From an uncultured Gemmatimonadales bacterium (GTDB taxonomy: Bacteria; Gemmatimonadota; Gemmatimonadetes; Gemmatimonadales; Gemmatimonadaceae), in contig OY969695.1 of assembly GCA_963701965.1 (NCBI GenBank), positions 704,001 to 768,000 on the forward strand: a stretch of DNA of 64,000 bases. The letters run 5' to 3'. How positions within the stretch are numbered: the stretch's first letter is position 1; every line of letters begins with the position of its first letter. Position numbers and translations under genes: made by a program. The notes below the pieces were generated by a model. The model saw only the letters and a program-made list of their open reading frames with translations. It did no database searches and was not told where the DNA came from. This document shows positions 63,393-64,000 of this stretch, one piece after another.

Positions 63393-63434
63393 TAGCAGGG
63401 GCGGGACTCGAACCCGCGACCCCGGCATTATGAG
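63393..63434 (-). repeat. 3' half of tRNA(CAT) (Met/Ile2), att core
   Basis: Minus strand CTCATAATGCCGGGGTCGCGGGTTCGAGTCCCGCCCCTGCTA: anticodon loop to acceptor end; no D-arm or 5' half adjacent. Confidence 0.88.
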
Positions 63435-63626
63435 AAGTGGGTATCAGGAAAAAACCCCGCGATCGAGCGAGTTAACTGGCGATTCTGCAGACGAACGCGC
63501 TTCCAAACGGTGCGAAGACACCCCTTAGCGCACCAACCTGCCGTCCAATCTGCCGTCCACGAGATCGAGACGGCGGCCTGGCCCAAGTTCCAGCGTCCGT
63601 GGCGGACCGACGACATGAAGTGGCGA

Positions 63627-64000
63627 TGCCAGCACCTCGGTGGACACTTCATAACCGGCCACTGATGGACAGCTGATAACCGGCCACCACGGTGAGGCGT
63701 CCGAGACTGGTGAGTGGGCTAGCGCAGCCCGGTCGCGTCGGTGGACAAGCTGTCACCCTGGACCTTGGTGCGCCAGCTGCGGGGGCCGCACTTGAGGATG
63801 TGGGCGTGATGGAGGAGCCGATCGAGGAGCGCGGTGACCGCCGCCGTGTCGCCGAGCAGCTTGCCCCAGTCCTCGACCGGGCGATTGGAGGTGAGCAGCG
63901 TAGACGCCCGTTCGTAGCGGCGCATGATGAGTTCCAGGAGATCCTCGGCCGCCGTGTGGGGAAGCTTGCGCATGCCGAGATCGTCGATGATGAGGAGCGG
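63627..64000 (-). mobile_element. IS21-family element, terminal end
   Basis: TG-start terminus with repeated ATAACCGGCCAC subterminal motifs next to the istB 3' end. Confidence 0.75.
63719..64000 (-). CDS. istB: IS21 helper ATPase IstB (5' part outside the window)
   Basis: LLIIDDLG...RRYERASTLLTSNRP..DWG..LGD...A.LDRLLHH. Confidence 0.92.
   Translation of the reverse strand, partial: PLLIIDDLGMRKLPHTAAEDLLELIMRRYERASTLLTSNRPVEDWGKLLGDTAAVTALLDRLLHHAHILKCGPRSWRTKVQGDSLSTDATGLR

Noticed and set aside
63393..63434. Functional tRNA gene
   Set aside because: Only the anticodon loop to 3' end is present; no 5' acceptor strand or D-arm.
1..64000. CRISPR array, rRNA, retron or reverse transcriptase, prophage structural genes
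   Set aside because: No regularly spaced repeats or corresponding protein motifs were seen by eye.

Overview
GC-rich bacterial window. The gene repertoire (SusC/SusD pair, Ig-like/TolB protein, Ser/Thr kinase, ADOP permease remnant, several ECF sigmas) suggests Gemmatimonadota, but this is inference. After a short left part (Zn-dependent dehydrogenase, PDZ-hydrolase, HAF-repeat lipoprotein), most of the window looks like tandem integrative islands at a tRNA(CAT) 3' end. Two homologous att-like sites (about 10.5-10.6 kb, degenerate, and 63.3-63.4 kb) are each flanked by defence genes: a DUF4011/helicase/Vsr/DUF3320 Hhe-like gene plus higBA on the left, and a Lamassu/ABC-three-component system (effector split by an IS3) plus an unknown Zn-ribbon nuclease on the right, near a sigma-xis-integrase module. 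Cargo between them: kinase/Ig-TolB pair, PIN TA pair, susCD, an ECF42/ECF cluster with a shared promoter motif, two histidine kinases, an arylsulfatase, a decayed cobalamin-riboswitch region (fhuF-like, cobC, cbiE, hpnJ), cusCBA, a merR-merT operon and an arsR-arsM-arsN2-arsO-phosphoesterase-aquaporin operon. Most notable observations: (1) a probable selenocysteine (UGA, UxxC, SECIS-like hairpin) thioredoxin-fold lipoprotein in the MerP position of a merA-less mer operon; (2) a Met-Thr-amber mini-uORF whose readthrough would couple to a small basic Cys-rich gene; (3) a CutF/CruR-like Pro-rich leader ahead of cusCBA. Many single-base frameshifts and recurrent CGAYG>CAAYG changes suggest long-read assembly errors, so pseudogene calls need caution.
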